From the NCBI GenBank assembly GCA_040384725.1, contig JAZKIS010000004.1:1256-65255 (forward strand): a stretch of 64,000 nt of DNA, read 5' to 3'. Below, one piece after another: positions 37,778-46,836 of the stretch (its first letter is position 1; the number at the start of each line of letters is the position of its first letter). This stretch comes from Patescibacteria group bacterium. GTDB taxonomy: Bacteria > Patescibacteriota > Minisyncoccia > Phycocordibacterales > Phycocordibacteraceae. The position numbers and the translations under genes were made by a program. The notes below the pieces were generated by a model. The model saw nothing but the letters and a program-made list of their open reading frames with translations. It did no database searches and was not told the origin of the DNA.

Positions 37778-38599
37778 TTAGGCAGGGGTTTTCTCCCTCA
37801 AGTTTTCAAGCTCGAGACGTTCATGGAAGCTTTCTGCAGCAGACAAAACAGTCCGTACGAGGATGAGGATGCAAGAAGCAGGTTTTCCAAAGTAAGCCGA
37901 CTCCTCCACCGTCTTGAGTGTGCTGCGAGGATGGAACTCTATCTCCTTGCGGGCCATCTCCTCGAGGTGAGGAAGCACGTCCTTAAAGTAATACCATTTC
38001 TGCAGTGACGCCCCCTGAGCAAGCGGACTTTCAATGGGCAGCAGTTCACTCAGCCGACCCATCATATAAATGATATCGAGCGCCTGTATTTTGTGTGCGA
38101 GTGTGGCATCTTTCATTCGGCCTTCCCATAGGCTCCAGCAGAGGTTTCCTCGAAGACGCCGGATAATCTTATCTGCTTCGACCGAATCCCTGAATTCGTT
38201 GATGAAGCCAGTACCGGCTTCATCAGGACGGAAAAACCACAGAGCCTTTTCAAGGATATCAATCCTGACGTGTCGGAAATTATCGTACTGCCAGGTTGAG
38301 ATGTCTCTCTCAAGGAGGCGCGCTATTACTTGGCGCGCCTTACCCGCAAGTGCCGCGCTCCGGGGGTCGGATACACGCCTCGCGTCGGCAACCTCCATGA
38401 GATATACCAGCTTCTTGTCCGCACCTTCTTGCCAGGGAAGATCGATGCACGCACCCAGTCTCCCCACCGCACCAGGAATATCAGGCGCGTCTTCAACTTG
38501 CTGCTTCCAGAAGTCGAACGTCCACTCGGAGACAGGCTGCGCAAGCATGTCCGGGTCTTCAGTCTTGGTCGACATGACCGTATCCTTTCGATATGCCAC
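37778..38599 (-). CDS. hypothetical protein
   Basis: 273 aa with balanced composition, in contrast to the Ser/Arg-rich antisense ORF. Confidence 0.55.
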   Translation of the reverse strand: MAYRKDTVMSTKTEDPDMLAQPVSEWTFDFWKQQVEDAPDIPGAVGRLGACIDLPWQEGADKKLVYLMEVADARRVSDPRSAALAGKARQVIARLLERDISTWQYDNFRHVRIDILEKALWFFRPDEAGTGFINEFRDSVEADKIIRRLRGNLCWSLWEGRMKDATLAHKIQALDIIYMMGRLSELLPIESPLAQGASLQKWYYFKDVLPHLEEMARKEIEFHPRSTLKTVEESAYFGKPASCILILVRTVLSAAESFHERLELENLREKTPA

Positions 38600-38739
38600 G
38601 AAGGGCTTCAGATGTGAAGGGACAGTATCCCGTGGAGACTATACGCCTATAGGTAATGAACGTCGAATCCTGTCCGTGAAGCGCCCTAGATGACATTGTC
38701 TAATCGCACGAAATACAGCAGCAGGATACACTACTGATA

Positions 38740-38991
38740 ATGCAAGACGCTTGGCACATCTACATCCTCCGATGTGCCGACGATACGCTCTATACCGGCG
38801 TCACGACCGATCTCGTGCGACGCGTTCTTGAGCATAACGAATCCTTGAAGGGAGCGAAGTACACCCGGGTACGCAGGCCCGTATCGCTCGCGTATTCTGA
38901 GTCGTTTGAAACCCGTAGTGCTGCATGCGTACGGGAAGCGGCGATAAAGAAACTATCGCGCGACGAGAAATCGAAGCTCATAGAAGGGTAG
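38740..38991 (+). CDS. GIY-YIG nuclease family protein (YhbQ/UPF0213-like)
   Basis: WHIYILRCADDTLYTGVTTDLVRRVLEHN...GAKYTR is a strong match to the UPF0213 pattern. Confidence 0.7.
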   Translation: MQDAWHIYILRCADDTLYTGVTTDLVRRVLEHNESLKGAKYTRVRRPVSLAYSESFETRSAACVREAAIKKLSRDEKSKLIEG

Positions 38992-39058
38992 TGCGCATCC
39001 CCACTTGCGCTCTGCGGGAAGGGGCTACAATAGCTAGGTTACCCATTTACGTATCCCT

Positions 39059-39484
39059 ATGCAGAAATTTATGACGTGCTCTTACATGGACGGATGGCGC
39101 AACTATGCGCCGACCGTACTACGCCTCGCGACCGGTATCATCTTCGCGCTTCATGGCTGGCAGAAGCTCGAGGGCGGCCTTCCGGGTGTCGCAGGCTTCG
39201 TCGGAAGCCTCGGCTTCCCGATGCCAGAGCTCTTCGCGGTACTTCTTATCGCGGCTGAGCTCGGTGGCGGTATCCTTCTCATCCTCGGCCTCCTTACGCG
39301 CTGGGCTGCGAAGGCGCTCGTCGTGGTATCTCTCGTTGCGCTCTTCCTTGTGCATCTTCCGAACGGCTTCTACATGGCGACGGGCGGATACGAGTACATC
39401 CTTCTTCTTCTCGCAGCTAGCGTCTCGCTCATGCTCACGGGCGGAGGCAAGTGGTCCCTCGACCGCATGCTCTGGAAGAAGTAG
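39059..39484 (+). CDS. DoxX family membrane protein
   Basis: 141 aa with four TM helices and an LRLATGIIFALHGWQKL N-terminus. Confidence 0.7.
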   Translation: MQKFMTCSYMDGWRNYAPTVLRLATGIIFALHGWQKLEGGLPGVAGFVGSLGFPMPELFAVLLIAAELGGGILLILGLLTRWAAKALVVVSLVALFLVHLPNGFYMATGGYEYILLLLAASVSLMLTGGGKWSLDRMLWKK

Positions 39485-39657
39485 TCACGCGTGCATTAGT
39501 ACTGACAAGGACCTGTCTCGGCGGGTCCTTCGTCATAAGGGCTTCACGATTCAGTTCGTAGTATGAGCGGATGAATATACGTCGCCTCGTTCTCATGTTC
39601 GTACTTCGTGCTCTCTGGAACATTGCACGGAAACGGATCGCACGATGATAGATCTCT

Positions 39658-40278
39658 ATGGTCCGGACAATTCTGCTAGTGCTTATTCTTATGCTCGTAC
39701 TCGGAGTAGCTGTCTTCATGCCTAAAGGTAGGGAACAGCTTCAGTCATGCGCTGACAAGGCGCCTAATATCCTCGCATTCGGGGACAGTCTCGTAAGTGG
39801 GTACGGGGTCCCGGAAGGAGATGATGCGGTGTCCGCGCTCTCGTTGAAGCTCGGTGTTCCGGTGGCTAACTTCGGAGTGAGCGGCGACACTTCAGCGGAA
39901 GCGCTCAAGCGTATCAATACGATACTCGAGCGACAGCCAGACATTGTCATCGTTCTTCTTGGAGGGAACGATGCACTGCAACAGCTGCCCGTCGCCGAGA
40001 CGGAGAGGAATATCTCAGAAATCCTGAAGAAGCTACAGCAGGCAGGGATACGGCCGGTACTCGGAGGGGTTCTTGGCGGATTCCCAACTGACCCCTACGC
40101 GTCTATGTTTGCGCGGCTTGCGAGCGAGCATGAGGTGTCGCTCGTACCGAACGTCCTGTCAGGCCTCATCGGCACCAATGAGTATATGAGCGACCCGATC
40201 CATCCGAACACGAGCGGATACGCGCGAATAGCCGATAAGCTGTATCCAAAAGTTCAGGAAGCCTGTCTCGAGCTTTAG
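39658..40278 (+). CDS. SGNH/GDSL hydrolase (TesA-like)
   Basis: FGDSLVSGYG block I, GGNDA block III, and a C-terminal DPIHP region. Confidence 0.8.
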   Translation: MVRTILLVLILMLVLGVAVFMPKGREQLQSCADKAPNILAFGDSLVSGYGVPEGDDAVSALSLKLGVPVANFGVSGDTSAEALKRINTILERQPDIVIVLLGGNDALQQLPVAETERNISEILKKLQQAGIRPVLGGVLGGFPTDPYASMFARLASEHEVSLVPNVLSGLIGTNEYMSDPIHPNTSGYARIADKLYPKVQEACLEL

Positions 40279-40293
40279 GGCTATACTCATCAC

Positions 40294-40605
40294 ATGGCAT
40301 CAGCATTCACAGAAGCGATATATGTGCTCGCTCGGAAGATCCCGAAAGGGAAGGTTGCGACCTACGGGCAGCTCGCCTTGCTCGCCGGAAGTCCCGGCGC
40401 CGCTCGCGCGGTGGGAAGCGCGATGCGATGTAACCCTGACATTCCAAAGACGCCCTGCCACAGGGTCGTTGCTTCCGACGGTTCCTTAACCGGCTACAGC
40501 GCCGGGCAAGGTATCAGCACGAAACGGAAGATGCTCATAGACGAAGGTGTCTCCTTCAGGGGAACGAAAGTGGATTTGAAAGCGTCGCTGTGGAAGGGAG
40601 TCTAG
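40294..40605 (+). CDS. MGMT-family protein (methylated-DNA-protein-cysteine methyltransferase DNA-binding/active-site domain)
   Basis: PCHRVV active-site motif; 103 aa single domain. Confidence 0.65.
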   Translation: MASAFTEAIYVLARKIPKGKVATYGQLALLAGSPGAARAVGSAMRCNPDIPKTPCHRVVASDGSLTGYSAGQGISTKRKMLIDEGVSFRGTKVDLKASLWKGV

Positions 40606-41357
40606 GCGAGTCCTAGGTCAGCGAGGAACTTAGCGAGCTCCTTGCCTTCGATCACGCGGTATCCGCCGATCTTCGTGGACCCCATCTTGATGCCCATGAT
40701 GCTCGTGCGCTGCAATGACTTCACCTCGTTGAAGAGCGCTACCACCATGCGGCGGATCTGGTGCGTCTTGCCTTCCGTAAGTGTTACGCGGAAGCGGTCG
40801 GCGCCGAGGATCTCAACCTTCGCGGGCTTCGTCTCGTATCCCTCGATGTTCACGCCTGCTTCCATCTTCTCCTTGAACGAGGTGCGGAGCGGCTGCTTGG
40901 TGCGAACGTCGTACGTCTTCTCGTGAGCGTACTTCGGATTAAGGAGCCTATCGGTTACGCGGCCGTCGTTCGTAAGGATGAGGAGCCCGCTCGAGGCCTT
41001 GTCGAGCCTGCCGACTGGGAACAGTGAAAGGCGCTTCAGGTCGCTCGGGAGCGTATCGAGTACGTTCTCGGTATCGGTTGCCTCGCGGTGCGTGTCCATG
41101 CCCGCAGGCTTGTTGAAGGCGATATAGGCATAGGCCTTCGGGCGCGCCTGTCCGCGCACTTCAACTACGTCGGTCTCCTTCACTTTGTCGCCGAGCGCTG
41201 CCAAGGACCCGTTTATATAGACTTTCTTCTTCTCGACGAGCACGTCAGCGTCACGCCTCGTTGCGAAGCCTTTCATGGCGAGGTACTTGTTCACGCGCAT
41301 CGGGAACACGTTCTCAACGGGTGCTTCGGGCATTGCCTTTCGTTCGGGCCTTTTCAT
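40602..41357 (-). CDS. pseudouridine synthase (RsuA/RluB family) with S4 domain
   Basis: S4 domain (MRVNKYLAMKGFATRRDAD) and catalytic GRLDKASSGLLILTNDG. Start taken at MKRPERK; the six-frame ORF extends to 41423. Confidence 0.8.
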   Translation of the reverse strand: MKRPERKAMPEAPVENVFPMRVNKYLAMKGFATRRDADVLVEKKKVYINGSLAALGDKVKETDVVEVRGQARPKAYAYIAFNKPAGMDTHREATDTENVLDTLPSDLKRLSLFPVGRLDKASSGLLILTNDGRVTDRLLNPKYAHEKTYDVRTKQPLRTSFKEKMEAGVNIEGYETKPAKVEILGADRFRVTLTEGKTHQIRRMVVALFNEVKSLQRTSIMGIKMGSTKIGGYRVIEGKELAKFLADLGLA

Positions 41358-41400
41358 ATACGTACAGTAGCGCGTTCGGGGTGATTGGTATACTTCCTGC

Positions 41401-41631
41401 ATGGAAACAGTCACCCCTGGCATCTATTACCACTTCAAGCATCCTGAGCAGCTCTACGAGGTGCTCGGCATCGCACTTCATACGGAGACCGAGGAAGATA
41501 TGGTTGTCTACAAGCCACTGTATGTGGGTGCGATCGCAGAACTGTTCGTCCGGCCGCTCTCCATGTTCCTCGAGGACGTCGACAAGCCGGAGCTCGGCTA
41601 TAAAGGTCCTCGGTTCGTCCGGGTCCTCTAG
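41401..41631 (+). CDS. DUF1653-like small protein
   Basis: GIYYHFKHPEQLYEVLGIALHTETEEDMVVYKPLY...RPLSMFLE pattern; TATACT 8 nt upstream. Confidence 0.55.
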   Translation: METVTPGIYYHFKHPEQLYEVLGIALHTETEEDMVVYKPLYVGAIAELFVRPLSMFLEDVDKPELGYKGPRFVRVL

Positions 41632-41676
41632 TTCCTATACACAGCTACACTTGCGCTTCACTATAGGCGGGCTACC

Positions 41677-41970
41677 ATGGGCGAACGGATGGATGACTTT
41701 CTCAAGATGGATATCTTCTTCGGCGTGACCACAGTCGCGGTCGTTGTCGTATCCGTTCTCTTGGTGATGGTGCTCATCCGGCTCCTCAGGATCCTGAAGA
41801 CGGTAGACGAAGTATCGGAGATCGTACAGGAGGAAGCTGCGGAGATCCGGGACGACATCCGGGAGGTACGCGCACAGGTGAAGCGAGAGACCGTGAAGGC
41901 GGGGCAGTTGCTCGGGCTTCTCGGGGGATTCGTGAAGCCGAAGGCGCGTCGCAAGAAGTCATCATCATAA
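41677..41970 (+). CDS. small membrane protein with coiled-coil tail
   Basis: 97 aa with one TM helix followed by a charged helical region. Confidence 0.5.
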   Translation: MGERMDDFLKMDIFFGVTTVAVVVVSVLLVMVLIRLLRILKTVDEVSEIVQEEAAEIRDDIREVRAQVKRETVKAGQLLGLLGGFVKPKARRKKSSS

Positions 41971-41991
41971 TCATTTTGTAATTCAAGACTT

Positions 41992-42471
41992 ATGGCAACT
42001 AAGAAGACAGCGAAGAAGGCTCCGGCCAAGAAGAGCGGAAAGAAAATGTCGAACCTTCAGAAGGCGGAGATCGGCGCAGGTGTGCTTGCAGCCGTTGCGG
42101 CAGCCGGCGCCGCTAGCTACTACTTCTACGGTGCGAAGGACGCATCAAAGCATCGCAATGCAACCAAGAGGTGGGCGAAGGGCCTCAAGAACGATGTCGT
42201 CCGTGAGGCGAAGAAGCTCAAGGACATCGATGAGAAGGCGATGGCCGTTATCGTTGATCAGGCGGCGAAGGCATACAAGGGCCTCGACGACGTCACGCCG
42301 GGCGACCTCCGTGCTGCGGTCTCTGAGTTGAAGGGCAACTGGGAGAGCGTTAAGAAGGAATTGAAGCGCACTGTTAAGAAGGTTGCTCCGAAGAAGACCG
42401 CAAAGAAAGCGGCTCCGAAGAAGGTAGCTAAGAAGACCGTTAAGAAAGCAGCGAAGAAGTCGTCTCGCTAG
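41992..42471 (+). CDS. lysine-rich histone H1-like protein with central hydrophobic segment
   Basis: N-terminal tail KKTAKKAPAKKSGKK and C-terminal tail KKVAPKKTAKKAAPKKVAKKTVKKAAKK, with a central IGAGVLAAVAAAGAASYYF segment. Confidence 0.6.
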   Translation: MATKKTAKKAPAKKSGKKMSNLQKAEIGAGVLAAVAAAGAASYYFYGAKDASKHRNATKRWAKGLKNDVVREAKKLKDIDEKAMAVIVDQAAKAYKGLDDVTPGDLRAAVSELKGNWESVKKELKRTVKKVAPKKTAKKAAPKKVAKKTVKKAAKKSSR

Positions 42472-42478
42472 CTAAGAC

Positions 42479-42520
42479 AAAGAAAACCCCGCGACCCTAG
42501 GGTCGCGGGGTTTTCTCTTT
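42479..42520. terminator. bidirectional rho-independent terminator
   Basis: aaagaaaa ccccgcgaccc tag ggtcgcgggg ttttctcttt. Confidence 0.75.
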
Positions 42521-42673
42521 CTCCATGAACACCTCATCTAACGCTCATCACACATCTATTAGAGTGGCCTGATGCCTAGCTCTATGCGAATATTGGAAGA
42601 CCGCCGCCCCACCTCCTGTCGCATAGCCCTAAAAGCCCTTGCTAAGAGTGGTCCCGGCGGTACGTCATACTTT

Positions 42674-43177
42674 ATGGACCAGGAAGAAACGAAAGCCTAT
42701 TTCCTCCAGATATACGATACCTATGCGGACGATATCTACCGTTTCTGCTACCTCAAGGTTAGCAACCGGGAGCTCGCCCAGGATCTGTCTCAGGAGGTCT
42801 TCACCCGCTTCTGGCAGGCCCTGCGGGAGGGTACCGTCATGCGAAGCGAGCGAGCGCTCCTCTATACCATGGCGCGGAACCTTGTTATCGACTGGTACCG
42901 GAAGAAGAAGGAATCCTCGCTCGACGTACTGACCGAGCAAGGCCTCGAGTTCGGCGGAGACGGAGCAGACGATGTGACGCGCGATGCTGAGATGGGCGAG
43001 GCCCTACGGATGGTGAGCAAGCTTGATGTGGCATCAAGAGACGTGCTCATCCTCAGATTCGTCGACGGCCTCTCGCCGAAGGAGATAGCGCTTCTCTCGG
43101 GAGAGTCAGCGAATGCCGTCTCTGTCCGCCTGAACCGCGCCATGAAGAAGATGCGTACCCTTATGCATACCGATTGA
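42674..43177 (+). CDS. ECF-type sigma-70 family RNA polymerase sigma factor
   Basis: Region 2 (DDIYRFCYLKVSNRELAQDLSQEVFTRFW) and region 4 HTH (LSPKEIALLSGESANAVSVRLNRAMKKM). Start at MDQEET; the six-frame ORF starts earlier. Confidence 0.8.
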   Translation: MDQEETKAYFLQIYDTYADDIYRFCYLKVSNRELAQDLSQEVFTRFWQALREGTVMRSERALLYTMARNLVIDWYRKKKESSLDVLTEQGLEFGGDGADDVTRDAEMGEALRMVSKLDVASRDVLILRFVDGLSPKEIALLSGESANAVSVRLNRAMKKMRTLMHTD

Positions 43178-43191
43178 TCTAGAGAAGAACC

Positions 43192-44166
43192 ATGACCACA
43201 CGAAATCCTATTACCATACTCAAGTCGCTGAGGAACCTAACTCTCGGAAGCGACGTCAAGAAGCGCATGCGCGCTGATATTTCTGCATACGCTGATCTCC
43301 ACTCGCTCACGGATCTCGTGAAGCGCTTGCCGGTGCGTTCCCCGTTCTCATTCGCTTCGTTCATGGTACCTGCGCGCAGCCTCTACGCCGGCGCGCTTAC
43401 GCTCGTACTCATGGTTGCGGGAGGCACGCAGGCAAGCCTCGCTTCTGAAGGTTCGGTCCCAGGAGACATCCTGTACCCGCTCAAGGTAGCGGTTAGCGAG
43501 CCGCTCGCATTCGTGTTCACGCCGTCGACCGAAGGAAGGGCGAGCCTCGCTGCAGAATTCGCATCCCGCAGGGTAGACGAGGCGGCAGCGCTCTCGTCTG
43601 TAGGCAAGCTCGACGAGCAGACGGCTCAGGACTTGGCTACCCGATTTGATGCGCATGTCGACGTGCTGGCGAAAGAGACGGACACGCTTGAGGCGAAGGG
43701 CGAGATCGCTACGTCGCTTGCGGTGCGTACCGACCTCGAGCAGAAGCTCTCAGCACGCGTTGAGGAATTCGCTGTCGATGCGGTTGCCGAAGAGAACGTG
43801 CTCGTCGCAACCTCGATGGCCGTAGAGGAATCCACCGCAGACCGCTTCACCACGCGCGTCTTCGAGAAATCAAAGACGCTCGCAACGACTCGCGAACGGC
43901 TCGAGACAGCACTCGCGCTCGATGTCGAGGCAGAGCTCAAGGAGGGAGTGAACCTTGCTACTATCCGGTCAGGGGAGGCTGTGCAGGGAGAGAGCGCGTC
44001 CGCAGGAATCTTCTTTGCTAAGGTCGGGTCAGGTGAGGTCGACAATCTCGCGGCAACGACTACTGCCACGACGACCGCTTCAACGACCGACGAGAAGCTT
44101 CTTGAGAATAGCGAGCCTAGCGACTCAGCGGCATCACGTTTCTTCGCGCCATTCTTGAAGCGATAG
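43192..44166 (+). CDS. putative anti-sigma factor / membrane protein downstream of ECF sigma
   Basis: One TM helix after an ~80-aa cytoplasmic N-terminus; extracytoplasmic helical region; assignment rests on gene position. Confidence 0.45.
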   Translation: MTTRNPITILKSLRNLTLGSDVKKRMRADISAYADLHSLTDLVKRLPVRSPFSFASFMVPARSLYAGALTLVLMVAGGTQASLASEGSVPGDILYPLKVAVSEPLAFVFTPSTEGRASLAAEFASRRVDEAAALSSVGKLDEQTAQDLATRFDAHVDVLAKETDTLEAKGEIATSLAVRTDLEQKLSARVEEFAVDAVAEENVLVATSMAVEESTADRFTTRVFEKSKTLATTRERLETALALDVEAELKEGVNLATIRSGEAVQGESASAGIFFAKVGSGEVDNLAATTTATTTASTTDEKLLENSEPSDSAASRFFAPFLKR

Positions 44167-44205
44167 TTCATCATTCCGATAGGTGCATTTCGCTAGACTG
44201 TACCC

Positions 44206-44628
44206 ATGGGAACACTATTCAAACTCATAGCCTGCCTCATCGTTGTCGGGGGTATATGGGTGTGGGCGAACGGCAAGTCCGTTACGGATGAGGTCGAAGC
44301 GCGTACCGAGCCGGTACAGCTCTCTGCGTCGGCGATTCTCGCTACCGAGACAGAAGGAGCTTTCGACAAGGAAGGCACCATCGTCTTCGATGTCACGGAG
44401 GGCCAGAACGGCACTCCCTATATCCTCTATACGGACTATAACGACCAAGGAAAGCCGTCGGTGCGCACGAAGCGGCTCGTGTTCGCCAACCGCGATGCCT
44501 GTGCCGAAGTGAACCTTCCGTGCGCGACGAACCAGCCCGGTATACCGGTCTATGCCGATCAGAACGTGCGCGTCGTAGGGACCGTCAAGGACGAGCTCGT
44601 GCAGGTCAGCGAAGTCTATGTCATATAG
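44206..44628 (+). CDS. secreted hypothetical protein
   Basis: Signal anchor; 140 aa. Confidence 0.5.
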   Translation: MGTLFKLIACLIVVGGIWVWANGKSVTDEVEARTEPVQLSASAILATETEGAFDKEGTIVFDVTEGQNGTPYILYTDYNDQGKPSVRTKRLVFANRDACAEVNLPCATNQPGIPVYADQNVRVVGTVKDELVQVSEVYVI

Positions 44629-44652
44629 GCCGGTTCGCCGTATACTCTTCCT

Positions 44653-45330
44653 ATGAATCGCCTCACCTTCGTTCTTTTTCTCATAGGCATAATCGCCATA
44701 GGCGGCGGTACCGCTTGGTATCTGGTTGATACCCGGAACGAAGCGTTCGGTCCTCCTACGGTCGCGACAAGCACGCCGCAGATCGAGGAAGGCGTTGCTA
44801 TCTATTCGAACGGCCCGTACGGATTCACGATCTTCTATCCAGAGGATGCGGAGGTTTCGTATACCTTTGACGCTGACTATCATCTCGGTACAAGCTGGCG
44901 CGCGAACGCGCTTCCGGACGCTGACGGAACCCCTATCGTCTCTATCGCTCCATATAGAACCGAGAGCACGGATTCGTACCCACGGTACTTCAACGCGATG
45001 GTGCGTATCGGCGCATCGATAGATGCGACTGAGCTTGCGCGCTGCGAAGTCGCTGCCGCTGAGCAAGGAGAAACGGCACTGCCAGACATGGTTATTGGCT
45101 CAACGACCTGGAAAGTGTTCGCGTTTGAGAGTGCCGGTATGATGCAGTACGCGAAGGGCGTATCCTACCGGACCCTGCATGAAGGACGCTGCATCGCGCT
45201 TGAGAAGGTGCGCACCGGATCGAGCTATCGGGAGGACGCGCCGAGCGAGAAGGACATCCCTGAAGAGATGCTTTCCGGAGAATACGAAGCGCTCGCGAGT
45301 ATCATCGAGAGCTTCTCGTTTGCGCGGTAA
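44653..45330 (+). CDS. secreted hypothetical protein
   Basis: Signal anchor; 225 aa; TATACT 8 nt upstream. Confidence 0.5.
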   Translation: MNRLTFVLFLIGIIAIGGGTAWYLVDTRNEAFGPPTVATSTPQIEEGVAIYSNGPYGFTIFYPEDAEVSYTFDADYHLGTSWRANALPDADGTPIVSIAPYRTESTDSYPRYFNAMVRIGASIDATELARCEVAAAEQGETALPDMVIGSTTWKVFAFESAGMMQYAKGVSYRTLHEGRCIALEKVRTGSSYREDAPSEKDIPEEMLSGEYEALASIIESFSFAR

Positions 45331-45407
45331 GCGCTATTCACCTCCAGTAATGAAGGCTTCATAAAAGGGGAGTATGCTTAGAGCATTAGCTAGTTATCCT
45401 TTCTGCC

Positions 45408-45740
45408 ATGTCTTTACTTCATTGGATCGTAACCGCGCTCGCTATCGGCATCGCCGCCTACCTCATACCAGGGATCGAGGTAACGCTCGTGGGCGCACTC
45501 GTGCTCGCAGTCGTGCTCGGCATCATCAACGTGTTCCTGAAGCCGATCATCAATCTGCTCACCTTGCCGCTCAATATCCTGACGCTCGGGCTCTTCTCGC
45601 TCGTTATAAACGCGCTCCTCATCATGCTTGCGGGCATGCTGGTCCCGGGATTCACGGTCGACGGGTTCTGGCCGGCGTTCTTCTTCGGCATCGTCGTAGC
45701 GCTCGTGTCGGCGCTCTTCGGAGCGATGACGAAGCGATAG
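45408..45740 (+). CDS. phage-holin-4-like / DUF360 family membrane protein
   Basis: 110 aa with four TM helices; LIPGIEVT...GIINVFLKPIINLLTLPLNILTLGLFSLVINALLIMLAGMLVPGF matches the DUF360 pattern. Confidence 0.65.
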   Translation: MSLLHWIVTALAIGIAAYLIPGIEVTLVGALVLAVVLGIINVFLKPIINLLTLPLNILTLGLFSLVINALLIMLAGMLVPGFTVDGFWPAFFFGIVVALVSALFGAMTKR

Positions 45741-45756
45741 GAAGCAGCATTCGCCA

Positions 45757-45788
45757 GAAAAGCCCGTCATATGACGGGCTTTTCTATT
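45757..45788 (+). terminator. rho-independent terminator
   Basis: agcccgtcat atgacgggct (perfect palindrome) followed by tttctatt. Confidence 0.7.
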
Positions 45789-45850
45789 AATGCTATAGTC
45801 CGCCCGGAATAGTCACGAGACAGCGATGTCTCTTACAGAAAGGAATTGCC

Positions 45851-46738
45851 ATGAGCGTTCGGCTCATCGAAGGGTTGCCGCACCTGTATCGCGGAAAAGG
45901 AAAGGATCTGTACGACATTCCAGGTCGTCCCGATTCCATACTGCAGGTCTGCCGGAACACGCTCAGCACGCACAACGTCGTGCATGCCACGGAAGTCGAA
46001 GGCAAGGGCGCGCTCATTACGGCACTGACCCTGTTCATGCACTTCTCGGTACTCGACGGTATTCCCAACCACATCGAGGAATTCGGCCGAGATATCTACC
46101 TCGTACTGCCGGAAGGCGACTACGAGCCTGACCTGCATCATCGTGCATTGGTCGTGAAGCGTGCCCGGACGCCGGATACGGAGTTCATCTTCCGTTCGCA
46201 CCTTGCGGGCTCGCTCGCGCGGGCGCTGAAGGAAGAAGGGACCGATCCCTATAATCTGGGCCTCAGCCGGCACCTGCCGCTGATGTTCCGGTTTCCTCAG
46301 CCCCTCTTCACGCCGACGGAGAAGTCGAAGGACGACCGGCCGCTTCCGGCGAGCGTCGTGTGCGAGCGCTATCCCATCGAAACCAGTCTCGCGCTCAAGG
46401 CGTTCCGTCAGGCGCAGCAGTACCTGTATCGTCGCGGCCTCGCGCTTATCGACGCGAAGTTCGAACTGGTTGATGGCATGCTCATCGACGACTGGCTGAA
46501 TGGCGACTGTTCGCGCATCGCGAGGCTGTCCGATATCCACGAAGGCGAGGAGCCCCCGTTCCTCGACAAGGAGATCTTCCGACAGATTGCCATACGCAAC
46601 TGGAATGGCGGCAAGAAGGTTCCGCTCACTTTCACCGATCGTGAGATCAAGCAGGGGCTGGGCGGCTACCACGAAGCCTTCAGTCTCATCACGGGCATGA
46701 CCCTGCGGGAATTCCAGAAGTTCTATCTCGACGTCTGA
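45851..46738 (+). CDS. purC: phosphoribosylaminoimidazole-succinocarboxamide synthase (SAICAR synthetase)-like
   Basis: LYRGKGKDLYDI, GKGALITALTLFMHF...GIPNH, FRSHLAGSLARAL and LIDAKFEL blocks align with PurC. Confidence 0.65.
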   Translation: MSVRLIEGLPHLYRGKGKDLYDIPGRPDSILQVCRNTLSTHNVVHATEVEGKGALITALTLFMHFSVLDGIPNHIEEFGRDIYLVLPEGDYEPDLHHRALVVKRARTPDTEFIFRSHLAGSLARALKEEGTDPYNLGLSRHLPLMFRFPQPLFTPTEKSKDDRPLPASVVCERYPIETSLALKAFRQAQQYLYRRGLALIDAKFELVDGMLIDDWLNGDCSRIARLSDIHEGEEPPFLDKEIFRQIAIRNWNGGKKVPLTFTDREIKQGLGGYHEAFSLITGMTLREFQKFYLDV

Positions 46739-46836
46739 TTCAAAAGCAACGTTACGGCGCATCCTCACGGGTGCGCCGCTCTTTTATCCTCTTCGAGAAT
46801 CTCTGATGGAGGATCAATGCACTATACTTACCTGTA

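Noticed and set aside
38070-38693. 207-aa plus-strand ORF overlapping the minus-strand gene 37778-38599.
   Set aside because: The translation is Ser/Arg-rich junk. The minus-strand product has balanced composition and is followed by a proper terminator with a T-run on its own strand.
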